Positions 43,578 to 58,624 of a stretch of DNA of 64,000 nucleotides are shown here, piece by piece. The DNA comes from Eledone cirrhosa (Eukaryota): positions 372,930,001-372,994,000 of the forward strand of contig OZ024740.1 of NCBI GenBank assembly GCA_964016885.1. Direction: 5' to 3'. A model generated the notes under the pieces. It was not told the DNA's origin and made no database searches. It saw nothing but the letters and a program-made list of their open reading frames with translations. Each line of letters begins with the position of its first letter. The stretch's first letter is position 1. Both the position numbers and the translations under genes were made by a program.

Positions 43578-44090
43578 CAATGTACACGCCTAGCTCAGGA
43601 AGAATATACAAGACGTCACGACATCATAGCAAGGATGCTCCATCTGGCATTTTGTGGGAAATATGCACTTTCTGTGCAGAAAAGTGGTATGAACATAACA
43701 CTGAGGGCGTTATCGATAGTGAACATACAACGATACTGTGTAACTTTGCGGTACAATGTGACCATGCGTTTTGGGCATAGGAGATTGTATATTGTATTAC
43801 TTGAGAAGAAAAGCAAACAGTGCTGCATCTTAGATATATAGTATCGAGCTGATAAAATGTATGCGATAAAGAAGAAAAACAACTGATCGATATGATAGTT
43901 TAGATTGGGAGATTAAGTGGTCATTGAAAATGTTAGTGGGAATAGCAATAATAGTTGTAGTCTTGGGAACAGTGAGTAAAGTTCTTGAGAAGTACATTAA
44001 ACAAATAGGGATTGCAATACAGATAGAACACTTATAAAAAAAACAGCATTGCTTGGAACAGGTCCAATGCTCAGGAATCTAGTCTAAATA
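43578..44090 (+). mobile_element. 3' fragment of an R4/Dong-like RLE non-LTR element
   Basis: C..LAQEEYTRRHD.IARMLH, KWYEH, DIVLLEKK..C.ILDI restriction-like endonuclease region. Confidence 0.75.
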
Positions 44091-44339
44091 TAAGGGTTGT
44101 TATCTCAGTTCACTGGTAGTGAAGAGATAACACTGTAATACATCTCAAGCCTTAGAAACTGAGTGAGGTAACACAAATAAGAAACAGCTGAGCAAATATA
44201 GACAATCAAACACCCCAAACGACCCCGATATTTATCCGTCATACTTATATGTATATACATAATATATATAGTTATTTATGTAGTTGTTTGTGTGTGTGTG
44301 TATCTTAACGGCAGTGTAGCGAAGAGTTGTGTTACTAAT

Positions 44340-44826
44340 AATTGTTTCTACTTTTGGCACAAGGCCAGCAATAAACCAGTACATTACTGGTACTTTATTT
44401 TATCTACCCCGTAAGGATGACATGCAAAGTTAACCTTGGCGGGTTGTGTTACTAATAATTGTTTCTATTTTGAGCACAAGGCCAGCAATTATCCAGTGCA
44501 TTACTGGTACTTTATTTTATCGACCCCGTAAGGATGAAAGACAAAGTAAACCGCGGCGGGATTTGAACTCAGACCGTTGTGTTACTAATAATGATACTTA
44601 ATAATAATGGCTTCTTATATGGGCACAAGGCCATCAATTTTTGGGGGAGGGGAAAGTCGATAAAATCGACCCCAGTGCGTGACTGGTACTTTATTTGATC
44701 GACCCCGTATGGATGAAAGGCAAAGTTAACCTCGGCGGGATTTGAACTCAGATCATAAAGGACAGTAACTCTATGCTGGAAAGCATGGCGTCCGACTCTC
44801 TACCGATACGGCCAATCAATCGCCCT
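44340..44826 (-). mobile_element. Three tandem SINE family A copies, two of them 5'-truncated
   Basis: gcacaaggcca...gaccccgta.ggatga repeated three times. Confidence 0.88.
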
Positions 44827-45228
44827 AATGATACTTAGTAATAATAATATATGACAAGAAGTAGCATTTTGACATACTTAGGAGAATATTGTGATACGTA
44901 GAGGAAAAGTATAAGAAAATGATGTTACGTTTGGAAGGTTAAAACTAAATTGAAACGCAGGCCCAAAACAAATTCTATGAATGGAGTTCGGGATTGTTAG
45001 AGTCACCTAAATTATTTCGCTACATGTATCAGTGGAGAAGGTATTGAGAGGAATAAAATGAAGTAAATGAAAATGAAGCATCATAAGGAAACGCTAGGAT
45101 GGAAAGGGAGGTTGGAGGAGTGACTAAGTGAGACTGAAATAGCAAAATGCAGATAGAGACTAAAGGGGTGGCTACACCTCCAAATTTATAGCCGGGTTGG
45201 GGAAGAGAGATAGAAATCAATCTCCATA

Positions 45229-45237
45229 AAGAAGAAG

Positions 45238-45267
<30 letters not shown>
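45229..45267. repeat. (GAA)n microsatellite
   Basis: Directly visible. Confidence 0.95.
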
Positions 45268-45268
<1 letters not shown>

Positions 45269-46264
45269 TTGAGTGGGAGAAGTGTACATGATTGAGACAG
45301 TTATTGTGCGTAATATAAAAACGAATTGAGAGCCAAATGAAAACGCATTGCTTTGAGAGTAGAATGTAATTTGTAAAAAGAAATGGTTAAACGAGAGGTT
45401 TCTAATAGTAAAAAAGTTATCCTACAAAATGAAATATACTAACATGACTATAAATTAGGATAAAATATATATAATAAATATAACATTCAAAGAAACAAGA
45501 AGAAATGCTAAAATATGTATGGACGTAACCAATGATTACTTTCAACGAATTAAATTGAATTTGCCTTTTTATTTATTTACATTTTTTTGTTTCCTCCTCG
45601 TAACTCTAAGATGTTCCAAAAGCCTAATAAATAAAAGACAATAACACTCTACCAAATGCCTACCGTACAATCAGTCGCAATACAACCTCTTCTAGCTCTG
45701 GCAAGTCATCATTATGGCCAGCAAGATATTAATCAGTGCACAAAAGAAACTAACACATTGTTCACCAATCAGAATAAAAATGAATGGAACAACGCACTAT
45801 TCAATATGTATTGAATTTTCGCCAACAAACGTTTTTTTTAGTGGCATATCATATATACACACAGTCGCACAAATATAGTTGCACATACAAATACACAGAA
45901 GCTCGCATATGCACAAAAGGTATAAACTTAGTGTAAGCACGCCAATGTATGCTTCTGTGTTCGTTTTGAATTGGAGACTCTTTCTATGTATTAGGCTTCA
46001 ATTAATTTGATTTTATCTAGGGATACGTTACATTTTAGGGTTGTATGATACATAAACATTCCTTCTACACATTTCTATGTGTGTACGTGTGCGTTTACAA
46101 ACGGACATACTCAGAAAAACACAAAATAATTCAGACATACACACACCCATATATCTACACACACACACGTAACCCCCGACCACCACCATATATATATATA
46201 TATATATGCGTGTGCATATATATATATTTCGGGGAAATAGCACAAACTCAATTTGTCTTTTTCA

Positions 46265-46302
<38 letters not shown>

Positions 46303-46303
<1 letters not shown>

Positions 46304-48658
46304 GTATAAAAGAGAAAACACAGGTAAGCATTAAGAGAAGGATTTTATCCAGGTATTTACGACCGTTTCATTGGTAAGTACAACCTTATATTGCTATACT
46401 GCAAATAGCAGCCACTCAATTATAATTGTTGTTCACGTCCAAATTTTCAAAATAGTGAGTAAGTTACTCTTAAAATAGTTCTTAATATATAGAGAAAAAC
46501 ATTTTTTTTGAATCGTATTTACTAGTATAGAGAGAGAGGGAGAGGAATTAGAAGGTGAGGGGAAAAACGGAATAGTAATGAGAGAAAGGAAGGGGGAGAA
46601 GTGTTAGGAAGTAGAGTGACAAACTGAGATGGAGGGGGGGGGGGGTAGAGGTGGTAGGATCCTTGAACAGTTTTGATATGTAGACATCATGTCGTGGAAT
46701 GTAGTGAGTTAAAGAGAATTAAATTGATCATAGTGTGAGGGATGGATAGAGAGAGAGAAAGAGAGAGAGAGAGGGGTAGAGATAAAGAGATAAAATATAT
46801 ATATAACAAAATAAAGATAAGATAATAATGACAAAAATAAAAGCAAAGAAGGAGAGAGAAAGAAGAAAAGAAAAGATAGCCAAAAAGGCGAGGGAAGGAA
46901 GGAAGAAAACGAATAGAAGAGGAATGAAGGAGAAGGGAGGGATATCGGTATTGGTGTTTGTGGGTAATTAAAAGGGTTTAGATACAATAAGAGGGTATAA
47001 AGTCTAAGTATATGCAGTTTGTCAGTTGGTAGTAAGAGGTTAAGGGTTCGATTTGCACTTGTAGTACGAAGAATTTTCTTTGAGTCTATGGTTACAATAA
47101 ATTGATCTTTCGATTTTATTGTTGAGTAACTTATTCTTCGAACTCCAAATGTGGAACAGTTCAAGGTCACATAATCGACAGTTTCTCATACCACTCCGAT
47201 ATGTGGGCGCGTTCGATAATTTTTTCCATTCAGGGTGTATTGATGGTTACTTTCCATCAGTTGCCAGGTCTTGATTGCAAGGGTAGTTACATAACGATGC
47301 TGGGAATGTTACAAAACGTAACACACTTGTACAGGCATCGCAGCCCACCAATAATGCCAAAGTTGCCTATGACAAGAATTGTAACTGCCACCTACCTGAA
47401 ACCTGTCCATTACATAATGAATGTATGCAGTCTAACCTCGTTTACCAATACACAGTGGAATCAGACAACCAGAAATGGCATTACATCGGAGCGACTGGGA
47501 ATATATTTAAAGCCCGTTGGTATACACATCGTTACGCAATGAAACATTCCCAGTATCGTTATGTAACTACCCTTGCAAACAAGACCTGGCAACTGAGGGA
47601 AAGTAACCATCAATACACCCTGAAGTGGAAAACATTATCGAACGCGCCCCCATATCGGAGTGGTATGAGAGGGCTGTCGATTATGTGACCTTGAGCTGTT
47701 CCACATTTTGAGTTCGAAGAATAAGTTACTCAACAATAAAATCGAAAGATCAATTTATTGTAACCATAGACTCGAAGAAAAGTGTTCGCACTACAAGTGC
47801 AAATCGAACCCTTCACCTCTTACTACCAACTGACAAACTGCATATACTTAGACTTTATACCCTCTTATTGCATAAACCCTTTTAATACCAACAAAAACCA
47901 ATACCTATATCCCTCCCTCCACCTTCATTCCTCTTCTATTTCTTCGTTTTCTTCCTTCCTCGCTCCCCTTTTTGACTATCTTTTCTTTTCTTCTTTCTCC
48001 CCACTTCTTTGCTTTTATTTTTGTCATTATCTTTATCTTTATTTTATATATATATATATATATCTTTATATCTCCCCCCTCACTCTCTCTATCCATCCCT
48101 CCCACTATGATCAATTTAATTCTCTTTAACTCACTACATTCCACGACATGAAGTCTACATATCAAAACTGATCAAGGAATCCTTCCACCTCTACCCCTCC
48201 CTCCATCTCAGTTTGTCACTCTACTTCCTAACTCTTCTACCACTTCCTCTCTCTCTATACTATTCCGTCCCCCTCCCCACCTTCTAATTCCTCTTCCTCT
48301 CTATATATATACTAGTAAATACAATTCGAAAAAAATATTTTTTTCTATATATTAAGAACTATTTTAAGAGTAACTTACTCACTGTTTTGAAAATTTGGAT
48401 GTGAACAACAATTATAATTGAGTGCTATTTGCAGTATAGCAATATAAGGTTGCACTTACCAATCAAACGGTCGTAAATACCTGGATAAAATCCTTCTCTT
48501 AATGCTTACCTGTGTTTTCTCTTTTAGACTTTATACTCCAAGATTGAACGGAATTCTTACAAACTTGTGGAGTTACCCCTAACCGTACGTTGAAACCATA
48601 CATTAAAACTGGCTTTCTTAACCACGAACTGGATCACACTAAGCAATTTTCTACTTCC

Positions 48659-48663
<5 letters not shown>
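46303..48663 (+). mobile_element. Truncated PLE (GIY-YIG plus 3' UTR) as a fold-back with arms of about 1 kb (46303-47320/47531-48530), tail 48531-48663, in (TA)n
   Basis: NCNC..CPLHNECMQSNLVYQ..WHYIGATG..FKARW in the spacer and right arm; arms are reverse complements. Confidence 0.92.
46354..46454 (-). ncRNA. Hammerhead ribozyme, U3-A8 core; mirror at 48383-48479 (+) has G12C
   Basis: Minus strand: TATT-TTGAAAA-TTTGG...CCAAT-GAAAC GGTC GTA-AATA. Confidence 0.6.
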
Positions 48664-48703
<40 letters not shown>

Positions 48704-49189
48704 CATACGAGGTTCAATAACCCGTATCGACCGCTGGCAACATTTGCCTCCGTTTGTGAGGGTATTTATCTAAATTTATAACCTATTCTGTAGCATCTGA
48801 CTATATATATCGTTACTCTCTCCGTCTGAGCTTTCTAAATCTACTATAAACGTACTCTCAGCGCTACTTAACTTCGAAAGTTCGAGCTTGGCATACTAGT
48901 TTACATTTTCAAAATAGCTTTTTTATTGAGCTTCTTAATTTAGACGTTCGTTTGTTGTCAGATTTACCTCATCTAATTAGTTATAGTACACTGCTGCTTT
49001 CTGAGAGATACGACGTTCGATCCCTGAACGATGGCTGGCAACGTTAATTATCCGTCTCTAAGTGGTATTTACGCTATTTAAAAAAAAAGAAATTATCGTA
49101 TCTGGCTGTACGTACAGTTATTATCTACAACTGAGCATACTACATAATATATAAACTATCCACACAGACGCGCGCGTGCTCACACACGC

Positions 49190-49237
<48 letters not shown>

Positions 49238-49386
49238 AATAGCATTAACACAAACTACCCTGAACGTATATTTATATCCACAACACACAAACAACACTCA
49301 CATATTGATTATTTTCAATTCATTCTTTCGCTATGCGTTCATTTAGATACATATCAATTTCAAAGCTTATATCCCAAACATAACTA

Positions 49387-49457
49387 TTTCCTCTGATGAA
49401 CGGGCCTGACGTTTCTGTAAGGATCGTCTAGTTTCTTGAAACCTTTTGTAAAGGAAT
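49387..49457 (+). ncRNA. Possible decayed hammerhead
   Basis: TTCCT-CTGATGA...GAAAC CTTTT GTA-AAGGAA; stem II imperfect. Confidence 0.45.
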
Positions 49458-49547
49458 AATTATATTCTGTTGTTTATTATGTATTTAAATATGCCTGTAC
49501 TATAGATAGAGCACTCTTCTTTACCTTTTCTACGGAAATACTTAACA

Positions 49548-49605
<58 letters not shown>

Positions 49606-52600
49606 TATATATATATATATATTCGTGCGTGTATCTGTCTTTATGACGTGATTCAATTATATAAGCAGCTGCACTTTGACAGTTATTACAATTTACATAT
49701 GTATTGTAATGAAAGTTTGAGATCAAAAGCAGCGTCCTATCAGCTCAGTGTTAATTTTTGGTACAGTGAAAAGACGAGACGGAAAGAGATTATGAGTTCA
49801 ATTCCATCCAATTTATCGTTGATAAGGCCTGAGCATTTCCACGTGTGTGTTTAACAACATAAATCGTTGTTTCCGACCATCTATTTGAAGCCTTCTCGAT
49901 GAAACATGCGCTCCTCCTATCCACCAAAGTGGAAATCGTGGTTTGTTCCCAAGCCACGATCCACTACTCGTGCCCTATCATACGACGTCGCTCCTTCGCG
50001 TAAACGTGTGTGCGTTGTAGCTCTAACAACGCATCATTCATTCTTCACGTTGAAGGTGTGGTCGAGGTTCAATATCGCCACAAGCACGTCAGTTGTGCTT
50101 TATTTCCTAAAGGTATCTTCTAGTTTTCTAACTAGCTCTCCCTTTTGATAACTGCTCCTTCACTGAACCTCAGAATATAATACATCATCTGTTGTAGACG
50201 GATGCCCTGCGTATATGATATTTGTCCGCATCATGAGATGCATGCCATTCAGAAACAACATAGCATCCATATTCAGGCGAGTTCTGGAAGGCGTACACGG
50301 CTTAACTGCTGACAATATGCGCGAAGTCACATGCCTCAGAAATTATGGCCTCCCTGGTGGCCACTGGATGTCTGTTCAGTGATCAGAGAACTTTACGCCC
50401 GTGACTATGCTTCCAAGATGATTCCCGGCCGTTTGCATTTATACTGTCCTGAATTAGACCATGAAGACAATGAAAGTGAGAATGACCATGTACCTTCTTT
50501 GTGTGTATAAAAGATGGATATTCCACCTATCCGGCTAATTGTAAGTATTTCCACACAAATTTCACTATATATTCATTTGGTGTGCGATCTTCGGAAGTCT
50601 CCAATTGCATTGGGAAATTCCACTTTAAGTTTCTGCCTGTGTGTTGCGAAATTTGTATGATTTTTTTTTTGTATAGTTATTGACTCTGTGATGTTATAAA
50701 TTTTTCTAATGTGTGCTTGTGGTATATGTGATACATTAATTTTTTGTTTACTTTTATGGCTTTGAAATTTGTCTGTGTTTGCTGTTCTTGTTGGGGAAGT
50801 TGGTTGTGTTGTATTTGACTTGGTGGTTTCCCTGGTGTCTATGTCGGTGGGAATGGTAATAGTGATGTGATTGATGTTGGTGTTATTTTTGTTGATACTA
50901 TGGCTTTTAGTCTGTTCTGTCTATAATTTTGTCGAAGTCAGATGTTTTTTTTCTCTTTGATTTTTGCCATTACGTGTGTGAGGGTTTGCTCCACTTTCTC
51001 ATCTCCACAATTCATAGCAGACTGTGCCAAGTAGGGAAGAGGCATGATCTACACGTGCATTGTTTTTGTTGTTACTACAGTTGTCGCTAGTTTTGATATT
51101 TGTTCTGGCGTCTTTGCTGTTGTTTGTTTTGCTGCTGTGGATTTTGGAGTTAAAACTGCTGCTGGTGATTATTTTGCTAATACTGGTGTTGATTTTGCTG
51201 ATCTTGTTTCATATTCCATGGTCGCTGAAGCTTTCGTTGTCAATGAGATTTTGTGTTAGAACGAGGGACTGATTTCCCTCCCCCATGTTCTGTTGCAGGC
51301 AGAAAAACCACCAGGTCAATCTCTATGAGAGCTACGTGAATCTTTGGCTGTCTGTCTCACACGATCATGGGAATGCAAGTTCGATGCGAGGTCTATTATA
51401 TCAGGGATTAGCTCGATGTACTTTTTTTCTATATTGTTGAGTACACCCGTCAGAATTACGCACCTGTTTTTTTCTTCTGATTCTAAAGCGTTTTGTCATC
51501 GTCGTTTTGTATTTGACATCACCAAGGACGTCAAACATAACACGCTCTATGGCAAATCGTTTTCCTCTGGTGATACGAGCTCTATGTCCTCCCACACATC
51601 CCATGGATTTTGGGATATTGGCCATGCTAGTTCACTCCAACTGGCGTGACGGTTGTATGGTATATCACCGTACAAATACTTGTTTTCCATCACAGCGGAT
51701 TGTGTTATAAGGCTTATTTGTCACAATTCGTTTCCACTACCTTTACCTCTCTTACTTACTCTTATTTGAGAACTATTTTCCCTCTACTTTTTGTCGTTCC
51801 CGTGAAGGTAGCGGCTGGCTGAGACGAAATACTTCTTGTGTTGCTCACTGTGAATTCAGCTTACTTTGAAACTCTGTCGTTGTTTGATGGTTGATTGGTT
51901 AGCTGGCTTGCTGGCTGGCTAATTTATTGAATGCCTGACACGCTGGCTGGGTGATTGGATTTTGTGTTTCGTCTATGCTAGTGTTGTTACTGATGTTGGT
52001 AGTGACATCGGCTTTTTATAATGTCAGTATTGACAGGGTGATGTTAATATTGGTCACATTTTGACTTCAGCTAATGTCTGACACATTTTCGATAAAATTG
52101 TAGTTGCAAATTGTAGTTGCTCCATTTTATGGATGTGGGTGGGGTTTCGCCTATACTACATTGACATCGTTTTGGGAGCAAATATATAATGTTCGGGTCA
52201 AATCCCCAAATATTATGAATTCGGCTTTATTTATAACAAAATATAGGACCCTATGTATCATTGTAACCAGATCAAGAATAAAACAATTTAAAAACTATGG
52301 AGAAATCTTATTGCGATCCTAGTTGTTTTTCCCTTAAATTAGAGTTCGAATTACGATGGAAAGTTCTACAATTGTACCAGAGTGGGGAGAATACACCGGT
52401 AATAAACTACAGTTGGTATACAATTTGATGCAGCTTGTGTTCGTGAAGAGAAATGTAATTTGTAGAGGAATAAATGTAATGTAGTTTTCGAAATTGTTTC
52501 TCTAATAAATGTATATAAAACAACTAATAGGAATCCGCCGTTTCAACAGAGGAATTTAATACATTTATTGACAATAAATGTTTGATGGCGTTTGGTTTGA

Positions 52601-53759
52601 ATATGTGAATATACAATCAAGCATCTTCAAATTAATAGAATATACGCGATAGATGTTTAGTTGGTGAGTACAACTTCTATATAACATGGATATGGTGTAT
52701 GAAAATAAATTGTATTCAAATTACACTGCATTTAAATGAGAATTCATTGTAATCTCGTTAAAAATTTCGTTTTCCCTATATTGATGAAAGGCTGATCCTA
52801 TTGAAATAAAATAATAAGAATTAAAAGGAAAATATTCAGTAGATTATTTGTTTATTTTTTTCGCCTCAACGTTCGCAAAATTACTAATGTTTAAACTTCT
52901 AAATTGCATATTTTCTATGTAGTCACAAACGAGTATACGCAGACTATTGACTATGTCACTGTGTGTCTTACTATTCATTATATATATGATAAGGATTATG
53001 CTTCTGTAGCATATTCCTGACTCATCATAACATACCCTTCACTATAATGTTTAATCTTATTTAAGGATATTATGTGTACAAGTATGCACAAATAGCTCAC
53101 AAATTTCAAATGCTTGTAATATTCAAATTTTAAGTAGATATCTTGGTTCAATAAAACATCAGTTTCAGAAATATTTGTGCGTAATATCGAGTCATTAGAA
53201 ATTGGGTTTTGAAGTTCCCATTATGCAAACTTGTAAAGTGCCTTATCACACAAACATATCCAAATGAATTTTAAAATATCATTAATTATGATACACTGGT
53301 CGTTTGAAGTCATAATTGTGTGGTTCAGTCCCCGGCTAGAGTGGCACTATTCAGCTGATTAAGTCACTCTCGGCAGCAGAAGCAGCAGCATGAGAATGGT
53401 CTGCATGTACAAGGACAGGCGTCCATTCAAGTAGTACGTGCAATTGTTTAACGCTTCATAGAACCCTAAGACAGGCATCAAATATTCGATGGACTGAAGG
53501 GAAAATAATGAACGGGGGAAAGGGGAGATTTAAATTAAGAATTATTTGGCTTTTATTGATTCTATTACATTTGTATATGTGTGGAATTGAATAAACTAAC
53601 AAAATTCCGAGTGCGAATTATCACTCAGAACCAAACAAAACTCTATAACTATTCAAGACAGGAAGAATATATATGTACTATCTTCAACGTAAAAGCAGCT
53701 TATATAGTATAGATATGTAAATATATGAACAATTTTAGTTTAGTCGATGTTAGGAATAT

Positions 53760-54127
53760 AATTGTTTCTACGTTTGGCACAAGGCCAGCAATTACCCAGT
53801 ACATTATTGGTACTTTATTTTATCGACCCCGTAAGGATGAAAAGCAAAGTTAACCTCGGCGGGATTTGAACTCAGAATGGCAAGGGCCGTAACTCTATGC
53901 GTCAAAGCATGGCGTCCGACCCTCTACCGATACTGCCAATCCACCGCCATTAGAGTTTTTACTTTTGGCACAAGGCCAGTGATTACTCCAGTGCACCACT
54001 GGTACTTTATTTTATCGACCTCGTAAGGATGAAAGGCAAAGTTAACCTCAGCGGATTTGAACTCAGAACGCAAAGGGACATAACTATGCTGTAAAATATG
54101 GTGTCTGACGCTCTACCGATACTGCCA
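53760..54127 (-). mobile_element. Two tandem SINE family A copies
   Basis: Both match the family A consensus, ending ctctaccgatactgcca. Confidence 0.9.
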
Positions 54128-57100
54128 GGAATATAATACTGAATAAACAGATTTGGACATGACATTGGGCTGTGTATCAATTTCTCCTTTTTTATTTGAC
54201 GGCTTCATATAAGATAGGGAGGGGAAAATGTGTATAATTAATCGAGTATGCAAGCGAAGATGCATATAAATCTGTACACACACACACACATATATACACA
54301 CACACGCACACACACAGCTACACACACACATATATATATATATAGATAGATACAGGATACGTGAACGTACATATAGTTCGTGTTAGGCACTGTTTCCTTT
54401 TTAACAAAACTACGTGTATGGATTACCTGAAAATTTCAGTGTGTTGGAATACCGCCATAATCTTAGGTTCATTTACTTGGTTGTTGGTGTTGTGACAAAT
54501 ACATCTATTCATTCAGGATAAAGACACGCAATGGAATCAATGACAAATGTCAATAGTTAGAGTGTATTTCAATGTTACAGCTACTCTTATTTTCATGGGT
54601 GATAGGTATTAGAGCAATTATTGCTAATTTTCTTTTTGAGGGAGCCAATAGATGTTTAACTATGTGTTACTTAGAGATACCTCGGAACACCTCAAGGTGT
54701 AAAATGGTTATGTACAAATATGTATGAGATGGATCGGTTTTTACGTTCTTCTGCTATACATTGTTTCCGTTTACATTTTCCTCGACAACTGAATTTGCAA
54801 AGGGACCGAAACACACTTTAGTTCACTTCATTTCTTCGCAGACAGGATGTGTCGTTGCTTTTAAGAAATGATTTATCCAGTGCACCTTAGATCCGAAATA
54901 TTTCACATATTTCTCTAAATAATTCATAACCTCTTACGTATGTGTAAATATGGATGTAGGAGTGTTTGAGGAATCTACCCCCACAACACTTTCAGAAATA
55001 GAACAGCAACAACAACAAGAAAAAGAATAATAAGAAGAAGAAGACAACTTGGTCAGAGAAACTCAGTGCTTACATTGGTAAGCCACAGTGTAAACACACC
55101 AGATTGTTCACGTTACGCACTTTGCCTAGTCTCAAGTTTATAATTTGCTTTATTCATGTGCACATTATCTGGTTAAAATCATATCTATAACAGTTTGATA
55201 TTGAATCATATAATAGTGCTCAAGTATTTACAACTTACATGACTATAGAATATAATCTAATAAAGTTAAATAAAATGAACTACATAAATGATTATCTTTT
55301 TCACGGCGATTGTGCTCTCGTGTGCCGTATTAGTTAACAGAATTGTTTAACAATACTTCCAGTGATAGTAATGTAAGCTACGGATCATTCTGACATAATT
55401 TCCTGTTTCGTTTTTGATAATTTCAAGTGCCCTTATAAAAACTGGTATTTTATCGAACTTGAGATGCCAATTTCAATCTGCAAGACTATATTTTCTGAGC
55501 GTGTCAATTCTATTTATTTTTTTATTAATATATAATAAGTATAAATTATCTGTGATTCTCTAATGTGCCAACAGTCTTTTCGCCTTCCACATATTTGAGA
55601 TATTTTATTTCAGCTAGTCTTTTCCTTTTTACATTCTAAGCGAGTATCAGATGTATAAGGTCTGTCTATAAACTGACACGTGTTCGGATACAATTATGTA
55701 TGTTCCTTGCTATTTCCGTAGGTCACAACACGTATATTTTTATTATCTGTACCAATGTTTGAAAATAATCCCCCGTCTGCAGTTTGGAAAGTATGTATCC
55801 CGCACATATTCGGCCCTTACGAAATCATATGTATTTAAAATATAAATACGTCCTAGAGTTTAGAAAACCATGGAAGCAAAAGCATAGCTCCTCCACTACA
55901 TGTAAAATCAGTCACACTTGCTCAATCGAGGAGAACAAAAGCCGAAACGCATTTTCCATCGATAATTGTAATTGTGAATACCTTCCTGTAACTCAAACAA
56001 ATGTAAAAGGAAAGAGCAACACAATTGTATTTCGAGCGTAGCATGCAGCAAGAACAATGTGTAATAAATTGTAGTAAAAACAAAAGCAACATCACCTAAT
56101 GCAAATATAAAATCTGAGGCGAATATACCACCCCCATAGCCACCAGCAGAGCAACCATAGACAGTAACGCATATATCTACCACCGTCGGCTAAACTAGGA
56201 CTACCGCTACAATTAGAACTACCGCTACCGTTCGCACCACTACAGCAATGACAACAAAAATGCCTTCTCACACTTTGCCCATCGTTTCTAAAGCAGCTTG
56301 AGTGAAAGGCACAATTCACACCTACAACGAAGCTCATACTACCAGCATGAACAACAGCATTAGCACCAACATCAGAAGTCGCCGCAAACGTCAATAGCTG
56401 GAACATTAGAGGTAATTAGTGTTTCATCATCATCTCCTCACTGGGAGCACTATACCCACTCCAACATATCCGAATAAAATGTTCAACTCACAAATCCTAC
56501 TCCTCGGGAGAAGAGTCCAGCAGAGAAAAAAGAAGCATTGATCTCGTAAAAATGCTAAAAATAATACGAAAAACTTAGACGAAGCTACAATGTCCCGCAA
56601 CCCAATGACCCACAAACAACAAGCATCAAAACAACACCAAGAACACCCCCCCCCCCCAAAAAAAAAACCATACAGCCAAATACATTAATGAAGGTAGAAA
56701 TCACAGTGATATTAATGAAGGCAATCACAATTACAACTAAACCAGTATCTAAGAGGAAAATAACTACTTGGATACAACAGAAAATTAAACCAAATAATAA
56801 TAGATAAATAATTACAACCACCATGTCAAATGTAATGAAGACATTCATAACATTGCACTATAGAGGAGGGGTTCGAGGTAATTTTATTATTTCTTACCCG
56901 ATAAAATAATGAATTATGTATCGGAGTTGCATAAGCTACAATGAAGCCCCTTGAATGCACTAGAACAATTATTGTTATGCAAATATTCAAGTCGTATATA
57001 TCATAGTAAATAGCTAAAATGTCTAAAATAATTATGTCTGCAGAAATATGCAAGTAAAATTAATAGTCGGCAGGGTGTTGAAGAAATAAACAGTGTGTAT

Positions 57101-58491
57101 ATAGGTCAGTATATATTTACGTAATAAAAACTAGATGTTATATTTCTTCATATGATTGTTTAGATGATATTCAATTACTATCATATCATTAAACAGGATT
57201 ATGTCATTCCCCACCTCACTCAACATTTGGAGTTATGGAACTGCATATATTCTAACATTAGCTGTGTTTGATAGTTCTCCTATGTCTCTTCCATTTAGTA
57301 GAAACATTGAGAAACGTGCGGCGGATTTTCCGTAATATATTACTTTACAGGAAACTTGCAAGCAGTTGATGATGCAGGCAAACTAATGTACGTAGATGAT
57401 ACTGTCATTGTCTTTATATATGGCTGCCAGATAATCATGTTATATGGCTGTAGTTTCATATTCCTCCTATAAACATTTGCAAAGTTTGACCTTAACCACT
57501 TCTATTCTTATCCTAATCACAAATATTATTCCTATGAGAGTCTCGCATTCCCTACTTCTAACGCATATGTTGTATTAAAAAATGGTGAAATATTTGCACT
57601 GGAATGTCCTTCTTCAGTTTCTTAGATCAAAACTTAACAACGACAACAAATAAAATAATGACATAGCGTTACATGTAGTGCTTAGGAGGAGATGTAAATA
57701 TAAAATTCGATAGGATATAAGAAATAACAAACATAATTTGAATGATGTGTTTTCTTGTAGATTTAAGTTGTGGAAATAGTAGGACACGGGGCCATATATA
57801 ATGATATAATGATATATTCCAAGCAAAGGGACAATAATTCGGATACCAGAAAACTATCATAAGGCATCATTCTGATTGTCAAGCATGTAGAAGATGTTGG
57901 TGTTTATTTACTTTCGGGTCCCAAATAATGTGCGTTGGTACAAGCGGGTGGGGGTTGAACATCGTTAATATTTCTAGGTTGTCTCCTTTGGTGTTTTTTT
58001 AACAAATAGAATTAATCATATTGTTTAAATATGGAAAACCCCAGCCCATCCTATTTAAACGTGAGTGGTTTCTAGTAGTGTTCTTTTTTTTGTCATGTAT
58101 AATGTTTTTTAACGGATAAAGAAAATATTTTGTCGGAGGCATGTTGCCACTTGAAATGAAAATTCGCCTGAGAGAGGTTAGCAAAATTTAATAAGCGATG
58201 TGTTGGAATAATAGTGCGAGGGCAGTGTTTTGAAAAGAATCTGCAAAATTAATATGTTTGAGGGGAGGTGGCGGTGACGAATATACTTGACCCAAGAGTA
58301 CATATCAGCTGAGATTCGTTGTTTGTATATGAGGAAGTATTAAAAATATGAAATATACTATATACCGTACTCGATTAAAAAAAACACACACACAAACCAC
58401 ACATAAATACATACATATTTGTATGTTTCTCTCTCTCTCAACGCTGTTCGTACTGCACTGTTTTTAATTGTTTTTGTTTTTTGTTTTTTTA

Positions 58492-58541
<50 letters not shown>

Positions 58542-58587
58542 TAAATGAAAAGTATAGAAATTATTGTAGCAAGAAGCCAACAGTATT

Positions 58588-58624
<37 letters not shown>

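Noticed and set aside
52566-52633. Minus-strand TTGAAGATG...CATCAAAC...GTC-AATAAA
   Set aside because: G12 is missing and the stems are decayed; at best a relic.
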